From the NCBI GenBank assembly GCA_028285085.1, contig JANQQI010000106.1, positions 2,224-66,223 of the forward strand: a stretch of 64,000 nucleotides of DNA. Reading direction: 5' to 3'. The notes beneath the pieces were generated by a model, which had not been told where the DNA came from, did not search any database, and saw nothing but the letters and a program-made list of their open reading frames with translations. Position numbers and translations under genes: made by a program. Origin of the DNA: Saprospiraceae bacterium. GTDB lineage: Bacteria; Bacteroidota; Bacteroidia; Chitinophagales; Saprospiraceae. Below, one piece after another: positions 56,279-64,000 of the stretch (positions are counted from its first letter, which is position 1; the number at the start of each line of letters is the position of its first letter).

Positions 56279-57235
56279 ATGGAGCCAGATCAGATGAAGT
56301 CGGAATATGAGGCCTTGAAAATCCTCAATACCATTGCTGTCGAACTGAATGCAACGGTAGAATTGGATCAAGCTCTGCAAGCTACCTTGCAGCACACCAT
56401 TGATTTGATGCAAATGCGAGCGGGCTGGATTTGGTTGTTGTATCCGGATGCCAATGCCGTCTTTTTAGCGGCGTCCTATCAATTACCCCCTGCTTTTACG
56501 AATCATCCCGAGCGGTTGTCCGGTTGGTGTTATTGTATTGATAAATATCTGGCTAACCATCTGGACAGTGCCGCTAACATTAGCGAAATATCCTGTTCTC
56601 GACTCAAGGATGTACAAGAGGAAGCTGACGGGCTACGGTATCACGCAACAGTGCCGCTTTTTGACGGCGAACAGAAAATTGGCCTGCTCAATATCGTTAG
56701 TCCCGCTTCTGTGAAATTAGACGCAGCGCAACTCCAGTTACTGCATACCATCGGTGAGCTATTGAGCAGCGCAGTGGTTCGCGCGCGTGCCTTTGAGCAG
56801 AGCAAAACCCTGGGCGCGCGCGAAGCACAGCAACGACTGGCACAAAGTTTCAAGCAACATTTGCTCCAGCCTTTGGCTTTATTGCAACAACGGCTCGGCC
56901 CGGCTTCCGCCGCGCCGGCGCAGCGCGAATTGCGCGAATTGGCCGAGCGTTTGCATGCCTTTACCCAACAGACCATCGAAGCCTTGCAACGCCCATCTAC
57001 CCGAGGGGTGCAAGATACTCCTTTTCGTTATCCCGCTTCCTTACTCACGCCCCGCGAACTCGAAGTACTGGAGCTCCTCAAACAAGGGAAAACCAATAAG
57101 GCCATTGCCGGTGAACTATTCATTTCCGAGCGCACGGTCAAGTTCCACGTCAGCACAATCTTGGATAAGCTCGGCGCCGGCAATCGAACTGAGGCCGTAC
57201 AGGTGGCGATGAAGCGAGGCATTATTACATTATAA
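56279..57235 (+). CDS. GAF-domain LuxR-family transcriptional regulator (no receiver domain)
   Basis: The N-terminal GAF-like part reads '[26 protein letters not shown]...[17 protein letters not shown]'. The C-terminal LuxR HTH reads '[44 protein letters not shown]'. Confidence 0.8.
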   Translation: MEPDQMKSEYEALKILNTIAVELNATVELDQALQATLQHTIDLMQMRAGWIWLLYPDANAVFLAASYQLPPAFTNHPERLSGWCYCIDKYLANHLDSAANISEISCSRLKDVQEEADGLRYHATVPLFDGEQKIGLLNIVSPASVKLDAAQLQLLHTIGELLSSAVVRARAFEQSKTLGAREAQQRLAQSFKQHLLQPLALLQQRLGPASAAPAQRELRELAERLHAFTQQTIEALQRPSTRGVQDTPFRYPASLLTPRELEVLELLKQGKTNKAIAGELFISERTVKFHVSTILDKLGAGNRTEAVQVAMKRGIITL

Positions 57236-57343
57236 CTCAATACTGTCCCAAAGTACAGGTTGTATTCCCGTCTTTTGCCCGATGTGCCACGCCGGAAAAT
57301 CGCAGACATTTGTCTTGATTCAATTAATCAAAACAAACAAAAT

Positions 57344-58057
57344 ATGTCTACGATCAAAAAAACAGCACTAATCACCGGAGCCAGCAAAGGCTTTGGACGT
57401 GCCCTCGCAGAAGCGCTAGCTAAAGTGGGCTGGCGATTACTCATCAACGCGCGTCACGCAGAGGCGCTGCTTCGTACCCAACGCGATTTGGAGCAATACA
57501 CCGAAGTGGTGGCCATCTCTGGTGATGTACGCGACGAAATTCATCTGCTACAATTCGCCGAACGGCTAGAGCAAGCAGGATGGACCTTGGATTTGGTAGT
57601 CAATAACGCCTCCACCCTTGGCGCTTCACCTCAACCTGCTTTATTGGATTATTCTACAGAAGCGCTCCATAATATTGTTCATACTAACCTCATCGCGCCT
57701 TTATCCTTGCTCCAAAAAGTTCGCCCCTACCTAGGCTCCGAACCAACGATTATCAATCTCAGCAGCGATGCGGCGGTGGAAACCTATGCGAATTGGGGTG
57801 GCTATAGTTCTGCTAAGGCCGGTCTGGATCACCTCAGTCGAATTTTAGCGATAGAACAGCCCGATTGGCGAGTGTTTGCCTTTGATCCTGGGGATATGCG
57901 TACGGATATGCATCAGGCCGCTTTCCCCGACGAAAACATCGATGATCGGCCTTTACCGGAGACGATTGCTTTGCCGGCCGTGCTGCAGCTTATCAATGGC
58001 CAGCATCCCAGTGGGCGCTACGTAGCGGAAGCCATAATGAGCGCGCCCGCTGCTTAG
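57344..58057 (+). CDS. Short-chain dehydrogenase/reductase
   Basis: It has 'ALITGASKGFGRA', 'NNAS', and 'YSSAKAG' (YxxxK). I prefer the ATG at 57344 over the upstream non-ATG extension. Confidence 0.85.
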   Translation: MSTIKKTALITGASKGFGRALAEALAKVGWRLLINARHAEALLRTQRDLEQYTEVVAISGDVRDEIHLLQFAERLEQAGWTLDLVVNNASTLGASPQPALLDYSTEALHNIVHTNLIAPLSLLQKVRPYLGSEPTIINLSSDAAVETYANWGGYSSAKAGLDHLSRILAIEQPDWRVFAFDPGDMRTDMHQAAFPDENIDDRPLPETIALPAVLQLINGQHPSGRYVAEAIMSAPAA

Positions 58058-58092
58058 GCCATTTATTTTTTCACCACAAAATTTACCGTTCT

Positions 58093-59160
58093 ATGTCTAC
58101 AGATATGATGATACCGGCTCTTGATTTTCAACTACCGTCAAATTTAGAATGTGCGCAACCCACCGAAGTCCGCGAGATGACTCGTGATGCAGTGCGGTTG
58201 CTCGTTAGCGATCGATCAACAGATATCTTACAGCACAGCCATTTTAGAGATTTACCAAATTTTTTGCAAGCGGGAGATGTCCTGGTCGTGAATACTTCGG
58301 CGACTCTAAATGCGGCTTTGCCAACTCAATTGACCGATGGCTCAGAAGGACGTATTCATTTGTCTACGCGTCAGGATGAAGACCATTGGTTGATTGAAGT
58401 GAGACAAGTCCACGGACAACAGACGCGACGTTATTTCGATCTCAAAGCTGGACAGCGTTTGTCCTTACCCGTTGGAGGAAATCTCCAGCTTTTGGCACCG
58501 TATTACACGGAAGGACAAGCGCAGGAACATTTGCAACTGTGGCGTGCCCGGATCGAGTTGCCCTTACCAATAGCTGAATACTTACAACATCACGGGCACC
58601 CCATTCGCTACCAACAGCTACACCGCCAATATCCGCTGGCCTATTATCAAACGGCCTTTGCCGCGGAGCCGGGCAGTGCAGAGATGCCCTCGGCGGGCCG
58701 CGCTTTTACGCCCGAGCTAATCGCCCAGTTGGTAATCAAAGGTGTCCAGTTTGCTCCCATTGTATTGCATACCGGTGTATCCAGCCTGGAAACCAACGAA
58801 CGACCTTATCCCGAATATTTTCGGGTGCCGACTTTTGCGGCGAGCACGATTAACCGAGCCCGGGAAGATGGTCGACGTATCATTGCCGTCGGCACTACGG
58901 CGACTCGGGCGATTGAATCGGCAGTTGGGGCTGATGGGCGAGTCATGGCCCGCGAGGGATGGACGGACTTGTTTATTACGCCCGAGCGGGGATTGCGCGT
59001 GATCAATGGGATGCTGACTGGGTTTCACGAACCCCGGGCATCACATCTATTAATGCTGGCGGCCCTGGCGGATACCGAGCATTTGGAAAAGAGCTATCGA
59101 GCGGCCATCAATAAGGGGTATCTCTGGCATGAATTCGGCGATTTGCATCTGATTGTTTAA
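58093..59160 (+). CDS. Divergent QueA-like (S-adenosylmethionine:tRNA ribosyltransferase-isomerase family) protein
   Basis: The length and collinear motifs fit QueA: 'HFRDLPNFLQAGDVLVVN', 'YQTAFA', 'IIAVGTTATRAIESA', 'LTGFHEPRASHLLMLAA' and a C-terminal 'HEFGDLHLIV'. As I remember them, several canonical QueA segments are altered. Confidence 0.7.
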   Translation: MSTDMMIPALDFQLPSNLECAQPTEVREMTRDAVRLLVSDRSTDILQHSHFRDLPNFLQAGDVLVVNTSATLNAALPTQLTDGSEGRIHLSTRQDEDHWLIEVRQVHGQQTRRYFDLKAGQRLSLPVGGNLQLLAPYYTEGQAQEHLQLWRARIELPLPIAEYLQHHGHPIRYQQLHRQYPLAYYQTAFAAEPGSAEMPSAGRAFTPELIAQLVIKGVQFAPIVLHTGVSSLETNERPYPEYFRVPTFAASTINRAREDGRRIIAVGTTATRAIESAVGADGRVMAREGWTDLFITPERGLRVINGMLTGFHEPRASHLLMLAALADTEHLEKSYRAAINKGYLWHEFGDLHLIV

Positions 59161-59234
59161 TCTATTTCTAAAATTAAGGAGATAGGAGAGAAGCCATAAT
59201 TTGATTATCTTTTGGCGTGACTTAATAAAACAAT

Positions 59235-59729
59235 ATGAGTACTACCGAAAAGATAATTACTGCGGCGGCGATCTTCGTCAGTTTATTAGCCCTATTTGTT
59301 TCGATCCAGCAGACTATCATTATGAGCGATCAGCGTAGTGCTTCGGTTTGGCCTTATGTGCAGTTGACGACGAGTTTTGGGCCTAATCGCTTTGCGGTGG
59401 GGCTGGATAATGACGGCATTGGCCCAGCTAAGATTGTAGAGATGCATTTCGAGTATCAAGATTCCATTTTCGCGACGGTAGACCATCTGATTAATTACGT
59501 TCGAAAGGAGGAAAATCTGTCTTTTCCTTACGAATATTCCAATCTTGAAGATGGCCGTCAGGTCTTACTGCCGGGGGAAAGCCATATGATTTTTAAATTG
59601 GAGCACGATTCGACACGCTTCGTCAGGCGTATGCAGGAACTATCTCAGGAGGTCTCATTGCATATCCGCTACTGTTCAATCTATGATGAATGCTGGATTA
59701 ACCTTAACGGTGTGGTAACGCCAGACTAG
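59235..59729 (+). CDS. Hypothetical protein with N-terminal TM anchor
   Basis: The 164-aa protein has an N-terminal hydrophobic helix 'IITAAAIFVSLLALFVSI'. I did not recognise a family. Confidence 0.5.
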   Translation: MSTTEKIITAAAIFVSLLALFVSIQQTIIMSDQRSASVWPYVQLTTSFGPNRFAVGLDNDGIGPAKIVEMHFEYQDSIFATVDHLINYVRKEENLSFPYEYSNLEDGRQVLLPGESHMIFKLEHDSTRFVRRMQELSQEVSLHIRYCSIYDECWINLNGVVTPD

Positions 59730-60134
59730 TTAGCGCATCGCAAATTGATAGCCTTGACGGATCAAACCCAGAATTTCTTCGTCGATTTCAATTTCATCTT
59801 GGATACGGATGTGATGGGCGTATTTCCCGTTGTACTCAGTGATTTTATGGATCCGTTCACTGCTTAAGGCTTCATCATAATAAAACTTGATATCGAGTAC
59901 CTTTTGCATCGGGCGGATAATCAGAAAGGCCTTTCTATTGGTAAATACGACGGTGTTTTTGGATGGCCCCACACTGATCGGTTCCCAATCCATGAGCTGC
60001 GTTAGCAGCGTATCGAAAGCCAGCAATAGATGATCTGGCCGCTTCGCAAAGAGGTCATCAATGGTGGTTTGTACACAGGAATGCGATTGATTAGTAGTTT
60101 TGAATTGGCGTTCACAACGGGGGCAAGTCCACAT
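59730..60134 (-). CDS. Small hypothetical protein with N-terminal CxxC..HxC zinc-ribbon-like motif (DUF5655-like)
   Basis: It begins 'MWTCPRCERQFKTTNQSHSC'. The 134-aa ORF has an ATG start, and the family call is tentative. Confidence 0.5.
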   Translation of the reverse strand: MWTCPRCERQFKTTNQSHSCVQTTIDDLFAKRPDHLLLAFDTLLTQLMDWEPISVGPSKNTVVFTNRKAFLIIRPMQKVLDIKFYYDEALSSERIHKITEYNGKYAHHIRIQDEIEIDEEILGLIRQGYQFAMR

Positions 60135-60154
60135 AGTTAGAAGCGTTTACTCGT

Positions 60155-60727
60155 TCAATTATTCATCTTTTTGACATACTTGGTTAAGATGACAATTTGC
60201 TGGCCATCTACTTTGCCTTCGATATATTCAGCGTTATTGGGATCGAGCCGAATTCGGCGTACGGCAGTGCCGCGCTTGGCGGTGAAGTTGGCACCCTTGA
60301 CATTCAAATCTTGAATTAAGGTCACTGAATCTCCAGCTTGTAAAATATTACCATTGCTGTCTTTATGGATGACTTGAGCATCATTTGAATTGGATTTTGC
60401 CCATTCCAAAGTAGCATCATCAAGATACATCATGCTCAATAAGTCCTGTGCCCAATTTTCGGTATTCAGCCTTTCCAATTGGCGATATACTACTACTTGC
60501 ACGGCAGGTACTTGACTCCACATACTTTCATTGAGGCAACGCCAGTGATTGGTGTCCAGAGTGGTTTCACTTGTGATCTGTGCTCGGCAAGTGCTACAGA
60601 GCGCCACTTGATGGTCCAGAAGATCATCGATCTTAGGAGGAACTGTGTAAGTAGAAAGCTCGCTCTGGCTACCACAAAGCTCGCATTTGGACTCTGATCG
60701 TTCGATTAATGCAGTACTAATTGACAT
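60155..60727 (-). CDS. PhnA/YjdM-family protein (zinc ribbon + PhnA C-terminal domain)
   Basis: The N-terminal part is 'CELCGS...CSTC'. The C-terminal part is 'VIHKDSNGNILQAGDSVTLIQDLNVKGANFTAKRGTAVRRIRL...IEGKVDGQQIVILTKYVKK'. Confidence 0.85.
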   Translation of the reverse strand: MSISTALIERSESKCELCGSQSELSTYTVPPKIDDLLDHQVALCSTCRAQITSETTLDTNHWRCLNESMWSQVPAVQVVVYRQLERLNTENWAQDLLSMMYLDDATLEWAKSNSNDAQVIHKDSNGNILQAGDSVTLIQDLNVKGANFTAKRGTAVRRIRLDPNNAEYIEGKVDGQQIVILTKYVKKMNN

Positions 60728-60925
60728 GTATAAGTTGATGTAAGTTAGTTCAAAGATAGCAGGAACAAATTCAACTTGATATTAATTAAAAATACATTTA
60801 ATAATTCTACCCACTCCTTAAAAAAGGCGATCTGCAATCTACAAGTAGACTACAGACCGATTTTTGAAAAACTAAAACTATCTAAATTCTAATTAGCAGA
60901 GATATAAAACTCTGCCTACTCCATA

Positions 60926-63238
60926 TTAATTTGTAGTTGGTGCGGCAAGAATCTTCACAGTCTTCGAAGAAGTACCATTGGTGATATTCACACAATAGGT
61001 GCCGGCAGCCGGTAGCTCTGGCGAGATCCACTGGCCAGAAGGGACATTCTGGGACGACCAGACTTCCCGGCCATTAATATCGTAGATACGTAAATCAGCC
61101 ACATCGAAAGGATGTTCAATTCTGAACTGCTCATAAACCGGATTAGGGTAAATTCGATAAGACTGATCGATGTTTGGCACTTCAGGCGTGCTGGTGACAA
61201 TTGGTTCATCGTATCGAAAAATGACGCCATTACTCATGGTCAGGTAAAGCTGATTTGTAGTGGAGGTCCAACCTCGAATGCCTCTTAGAATAAATGACTC
61301 CTGGTGGAACGGTAAAAACTGTGCTTCCCAGCTTTGGCCCTGATCATTTGAGCGAAGGTAGACATCTTGAGCCAAGCCGAAATCTTCCGAGGGATAGATC
61401 TGAACAAAGGCAAATAAGATGGTATCCTGCATCAAGTGAAAACCGTTGATTTGGAAATAATCATCGGGAAGAAGCGCATCCGTAAGATTATTCTCGTTCC
61501 ACGTTGTGCCGCCATCGGTGGTTTTCCAAACCTCTTCGCCGGAGGACACAAAACCCAGAGTATCGTTGGCCAGATAAACGTTGCCGTTTTGTACCGATGG
61601 GGGCAAGTAAAGGATCACCCAACTTTGACCACCATCCGCGGAGCGATACAGCTGCTCATTAAAATTAACGTAGATCAAGTCATCTTCAAAATAGCTCAAC
61701 GCACCGGGAGGAAAACCGCCTGAGGGGACATTTTCAATGAGTTGGCTATTGAAGGTGTTGTTTTGGGCATCGTAATCAAACAGCAAGAGCTCAGTATCTA
61801 CTTTAGCGAGGATGCGGAGTCGCCCATTTTCATAGGCTAAGTCTAGCGCCAGCGTATCCTGAGTAGCAATCACCGTTTCCCAACTCGCGCCTTGGTCGGT
61901 CGTGATGTAAACCGAATTCGAAATACTCTGGATCGCGTATTCGGAGTCGGTATTGTGAACGATTTTTTTGTAATCATCGGCTACCCCAAAGACATTCAGA
62001 GGTGGCGTTACCAATGACCAATCTCCCGCCTGCTTGCGCATGATTAAGCCTGCTTCACCCACAGCCATTCCCTCGTCGCTGTCCACCATCTGAATAGCTG
62101 AAAGATGAGGCATGGGAGCGCGAACTACGGTCCAGTTTTGCCCGCGATCTTCGGAGTACAGAATACCACCACCGGCACCGGTTAAAAGTCCGAAATCACC
62201 CGTAAAAGTCATCGCCAGTGGAGCTGTCTGACCGAAGGTTGCCATCGTCCAGATAGGCAAGATGATCGTCGTCCAATTATTGCCACCATCGGTGGTGCGC
62301 AATAGCGTGCGTTCCTGACCAAAACCCTCACTTGATGCGAGCAGAACGCCTTCTTGAGGATTAAACCAATGCATGTCGCGGATCAAATAAGTGTCAGGCA
62401 GATTGACTACGGTCCAACTTTGCCCGCCGTCATTTGATTTTACCAGGAGATCAAGCGGAAATACGTAATTGCGATTGATCAGTGATGCATAAAAATGGGT
62501 GTCGTCCACCATTTGAAAATTAACGTAGTGGTGATCACTGATGCCATTGCCGGTTAGCAATGGGGTCTCTTCCCAACTTTGGCCACCATCAACGGTTTTG
62601 AGCATAAAGTTTTTGTATTGGCCGATATTTAAAGTGATGTTAGCCACTTCAAAGCCAAACACATATCCTTCATTTTCATTTTTAAAAAACACCTCACTCA
62701 TACGGCGATAAGGGGCAGTACTCGTACTCCATTGTAAAGGCGTCCAATTTTCACCACCGTCCGTCGTCTTAAAAATTTTGTCGGCGGTACCCACGGCGTA
62801 ACCTACGGAAGGGTTGGGGAAATGAATGTCCGTAAAGTAAGCGCTAGTAGCGTAAGTGGTATTTGGACTCAAAATTTCAACTTCATACCAATCACTGCCC
62901 CCGTTTTGGGTCTTTAAAATCTGATGACGGTGCACCATAAATCCTACCTCCGAACTCGTAAAGTGGATATTGGAATGCGTATTGGGAGAAGGAAAACTCG
63001 TCAAATTGTTACGTAGGGATATTCCGGGGTCGTAATCTTCATTTATCGTATACGTTTTGGTCGACGTATCAAAAATAAGCAGGTCTTCACCCAAGGCGTA
63101 AAGCTTTGTGCTTTGGGGGATCGTACCGTTGAAATAATAATTGTTACGCGTAGCGTCGGGATATTCCATGTGCCATTGAGCAAAGAGCTGTGGCACATTT
63201 AATAGCAAGCTTAGGAGGATAAAAATACACGTTTTCAT
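60926..63238 (-). CDS. BNR/Asp-box repeat beta-propeller protein (Ycf48/GH74/VPS10-like) with T9SS C-terminal sorting domain
   Basis: A signal peptide 'MKTCIFILLSLLLNVPQLFAQ' is followed by about ten 'S/T-x-D-G-G-x-S/N-W' Asp-boxes (TTDGGENW, TVDGGQSW, SNDGGQSW, TTDGGNNW, SADGGQSW, TTDGGTTW and others). The CTD reads 'IYPNPVYEQFRIEH...GTYCVNITNG'. I prefer the ATG at 63238. Confidence 0.8.
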   Translation of the reverse strand: MKTCIFILLSLLLNVPQLFAQWHMEYPDATRNNYYFNGTIPQSTKLYALGEDLLIFDTSTKTYTINEDYDPGISLRNNLTSFPSPNTHSNIHFTSSEVGFMVHRHQILKTQNGGSDWYEVEILSPNTTYATSAYFTDIHFPNPSVGYAVGTADKIFKTTDGGENWTPLQWSTSTAPYRRMSEVFFKNENEGYVFGFEVANITLNIGQYKNFMLKTVDGGQSWEETPLLTGNGISDHHYVNFQMVDDTHFYASLINRNYVFPLDLLVKSNDGGQSWTVVNLPDTYLIRDMHWFNPQEGVLLASSEGFGQERTLLRTTDGGNNWTTIILPIWTMATFGQTAPLAMTFTGDFGLLTGAGGGILYSEDRGQNWTVVRAPMPHLSAIQMVDSDEGMAVGEAGLIMRKQAGDWSLVTPPLNVFGVADDYKKIVHNTDSEYAIQSISNSVYITTDQGASWETVIATQDTLALDLAYENGRLRILAKVDTELLLFDYDAQNNTFNSQLIENVPSGGFPPGALSYFEDDLIYVNFNEQLYRSADGGQSWVILYLPPSVQNGNVYLANDTLGFVSSGEEVWKTTDGGTTWNENNLTDALLPDDYFQINGFHLMQDTILFAFVQIYPSEDFGLAQDVYLRSNDQGQSWEAQFLPFHQESFILRGIRGWTSTTNQLYLTMSNGVIFRYDEPIVTSTPEVPNIDQSYRIYPNPVYEQFRIEHPFDVADLRIYDINGREVWSSQNVPSGQWISPELPAAGTYCVNITNGTSSKTVKILAAPTTN

Positions 63239-63754
63239 TAGATGGGATTTTAAAAATTTGTTTAAAAAATAGTAGTGACCGGTACCATCTTCAGATTCCA
63301 ATTCGGTGGTTAATCGAATCGGAGTAGTCCATTTGAAATGTGAGTGTTTATCCAGTTAGGAATAGCCAAAAAAAGCCATCAAAAATGGAAAAATTATTCT
63401 TTGACTATTACTTAATACCCACAAAAATATCCGCGAAAGTGTTAACGAATACTTAATGATTTGTTAAGCATTTTTCATCTGGGACGAAGGTTGATTTTAA
63501 CGGGACTGACGACCAAATTTCCGTGATAAATGACAGGCGTGGGAGAGAGACAGAAGCGACTTTATTTTTTGGGTTAAAGAATAGAAAGGCAGATAAAAAT
63601 CGATTTTGCCAAGACTCGACCTTTTTCGACCCTTATTTTATAGCAAATATTTTCTAGATTTAAGAAGTATAGCGAAATGCTTGAAAAAATGAATAGTTAG
63701 CGCTTTTATCAAGGAGTTGAGAAAAGATCAGAAGCGCTCAAACACTACTGAATT

Positions 63755-64000
63755 ATGCAAATCAAGAAACCAACTAAAACCTACGATGCGATTATTGTCG
63801 GATCTGGTGCGGGTGGTGGCATGGCCGCCAAAGTCCTCTCCGAAGCGGGATTAAATATCGCCGTCGTTGAGGCCGGACCTTTCTTTGATCCCGCCGATCC
63901 AGAACAGAAAACCCAGTTGCGCCCACCCTGGGAATCACCCCGTCGCGGGGCTAGCAATGTGCGGGCCTTCGGTGACTTCGACATGGCTTACGGTGGCTGG
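63755..64000 (+). CDS. GMC-family FAD oxidoreductase, N-terminal fragment (runs off the window end)
   Basis: My own translation is '[42 protein letters not shown]...' with a Rossmann GxGxxG FAD motif. The frame stays open to position 64000. It is absent from the ORF track because it has no stop codon. Confidence 0.75.
   Translation, partial: MQIKKPTKTYDAIIVGSGAGGGMAAKVLSEAGLNIAVVEAGPFFDPADPEQKTQLRPPWESPRRGASNVRAFGDFDMAYGGW

Noticed and set aside
2517-63301. N-terminal extensions given by the ORF track for several genes (starts at 2517, 33088, 35051, 41751, 56128, 57260 and 63301).
   Set aside because: In each case an internal ATG gives a canonical signal peptide or domain start. The internal start also removes either an overlap with the upstream gene or terminator, or a non-ATG start. 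The preferred starts are 2550, 32998, 34841, 41856, 56104, 57344 and 63238.
1-64000. I looked for prophage, integrative-element or defence-island hallmarks (integrase, transposase, restriction-modification genes, tRNA attachment sites, direct-repeat boundaries) and for CRISPR arrays.
   Set aside because: None was recognised. The only defence-like element is the HD / Pycsar-effector-like fusion, which is reported as a finding.

Overview
This is a dense 64-kb chromosomal window with about 50 protein-coding genes on both strands. It looks like a Bacteroidota genome. Six predicted secreted proteins end in a T9SS-type C-terminal sorting domain ('..YPNP..' followed by about 70 aa of beta-strand sequence). 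Two outer-membrane receptors carry CarboxypepD_reg-type N-termini, the sensors are LytTR- and TPR-type two-component proteins, and there is a TAnnTTTG-like promoter motif. I found no rRNA, tRNA, CRISPR array, integrase, transposase or other clear mobile element. Recognisable ordinary content: a thioredoxin-fold protein (5' partial), a LytTR response regulator with a LytS-like kinase, two TonB-dependent/OM barrel receptors, ferritin, the MarR-hmgA-hppD tyrosine catabolism genes, an SDR / acyl-CoA dehydrogenase / phosphotransferase trio, a pseudouridine synthase, an MFS transporter, a CDGSH Fe-S miniprotein, two sensor histidine kinases, a PhnA-family protein and a 3'-truncated GMC oxidoreductase. 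Items worth a second look: (1) an HD phosphohydrolase domain fused to a Pycsar-effector-like (DUF5706-like) membrane domain, with no cyclase nearby; (2) a secreted low-complexity 'block polyampholyte' protein with an Asp/Tyr block, an (NRW)x7 block, a Gly/aromatic block and an Arg/Ser tail, near a protein with a 30-aa Lys/Arg tract; (3) a 1242-aa T9SS cargo made of ten tandem 111-aa Cys-containing repeats, the central copies nearly identical at DNA level; (4) an identical 26-bp sequence containing a perfect 8-1-8 palindrome in front of two adjacent transcription units, which suggests a small regulon of a winged-helix regulator, a Coq4-like protein, an MpaB-type oxygenase and DUF1361; (5) a DUF1990-YndJ-DUF2071 operon; (6) a GAF-LuxR regulator next to an SDR and a divergent QueA-like protein; (7) a 1735-aa G8/beta-helix T9SS protein. 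All family assignments come from motif recognition by eye, with no searches run. Coordinates of hairpins and repeats were counted directly from the sequence.
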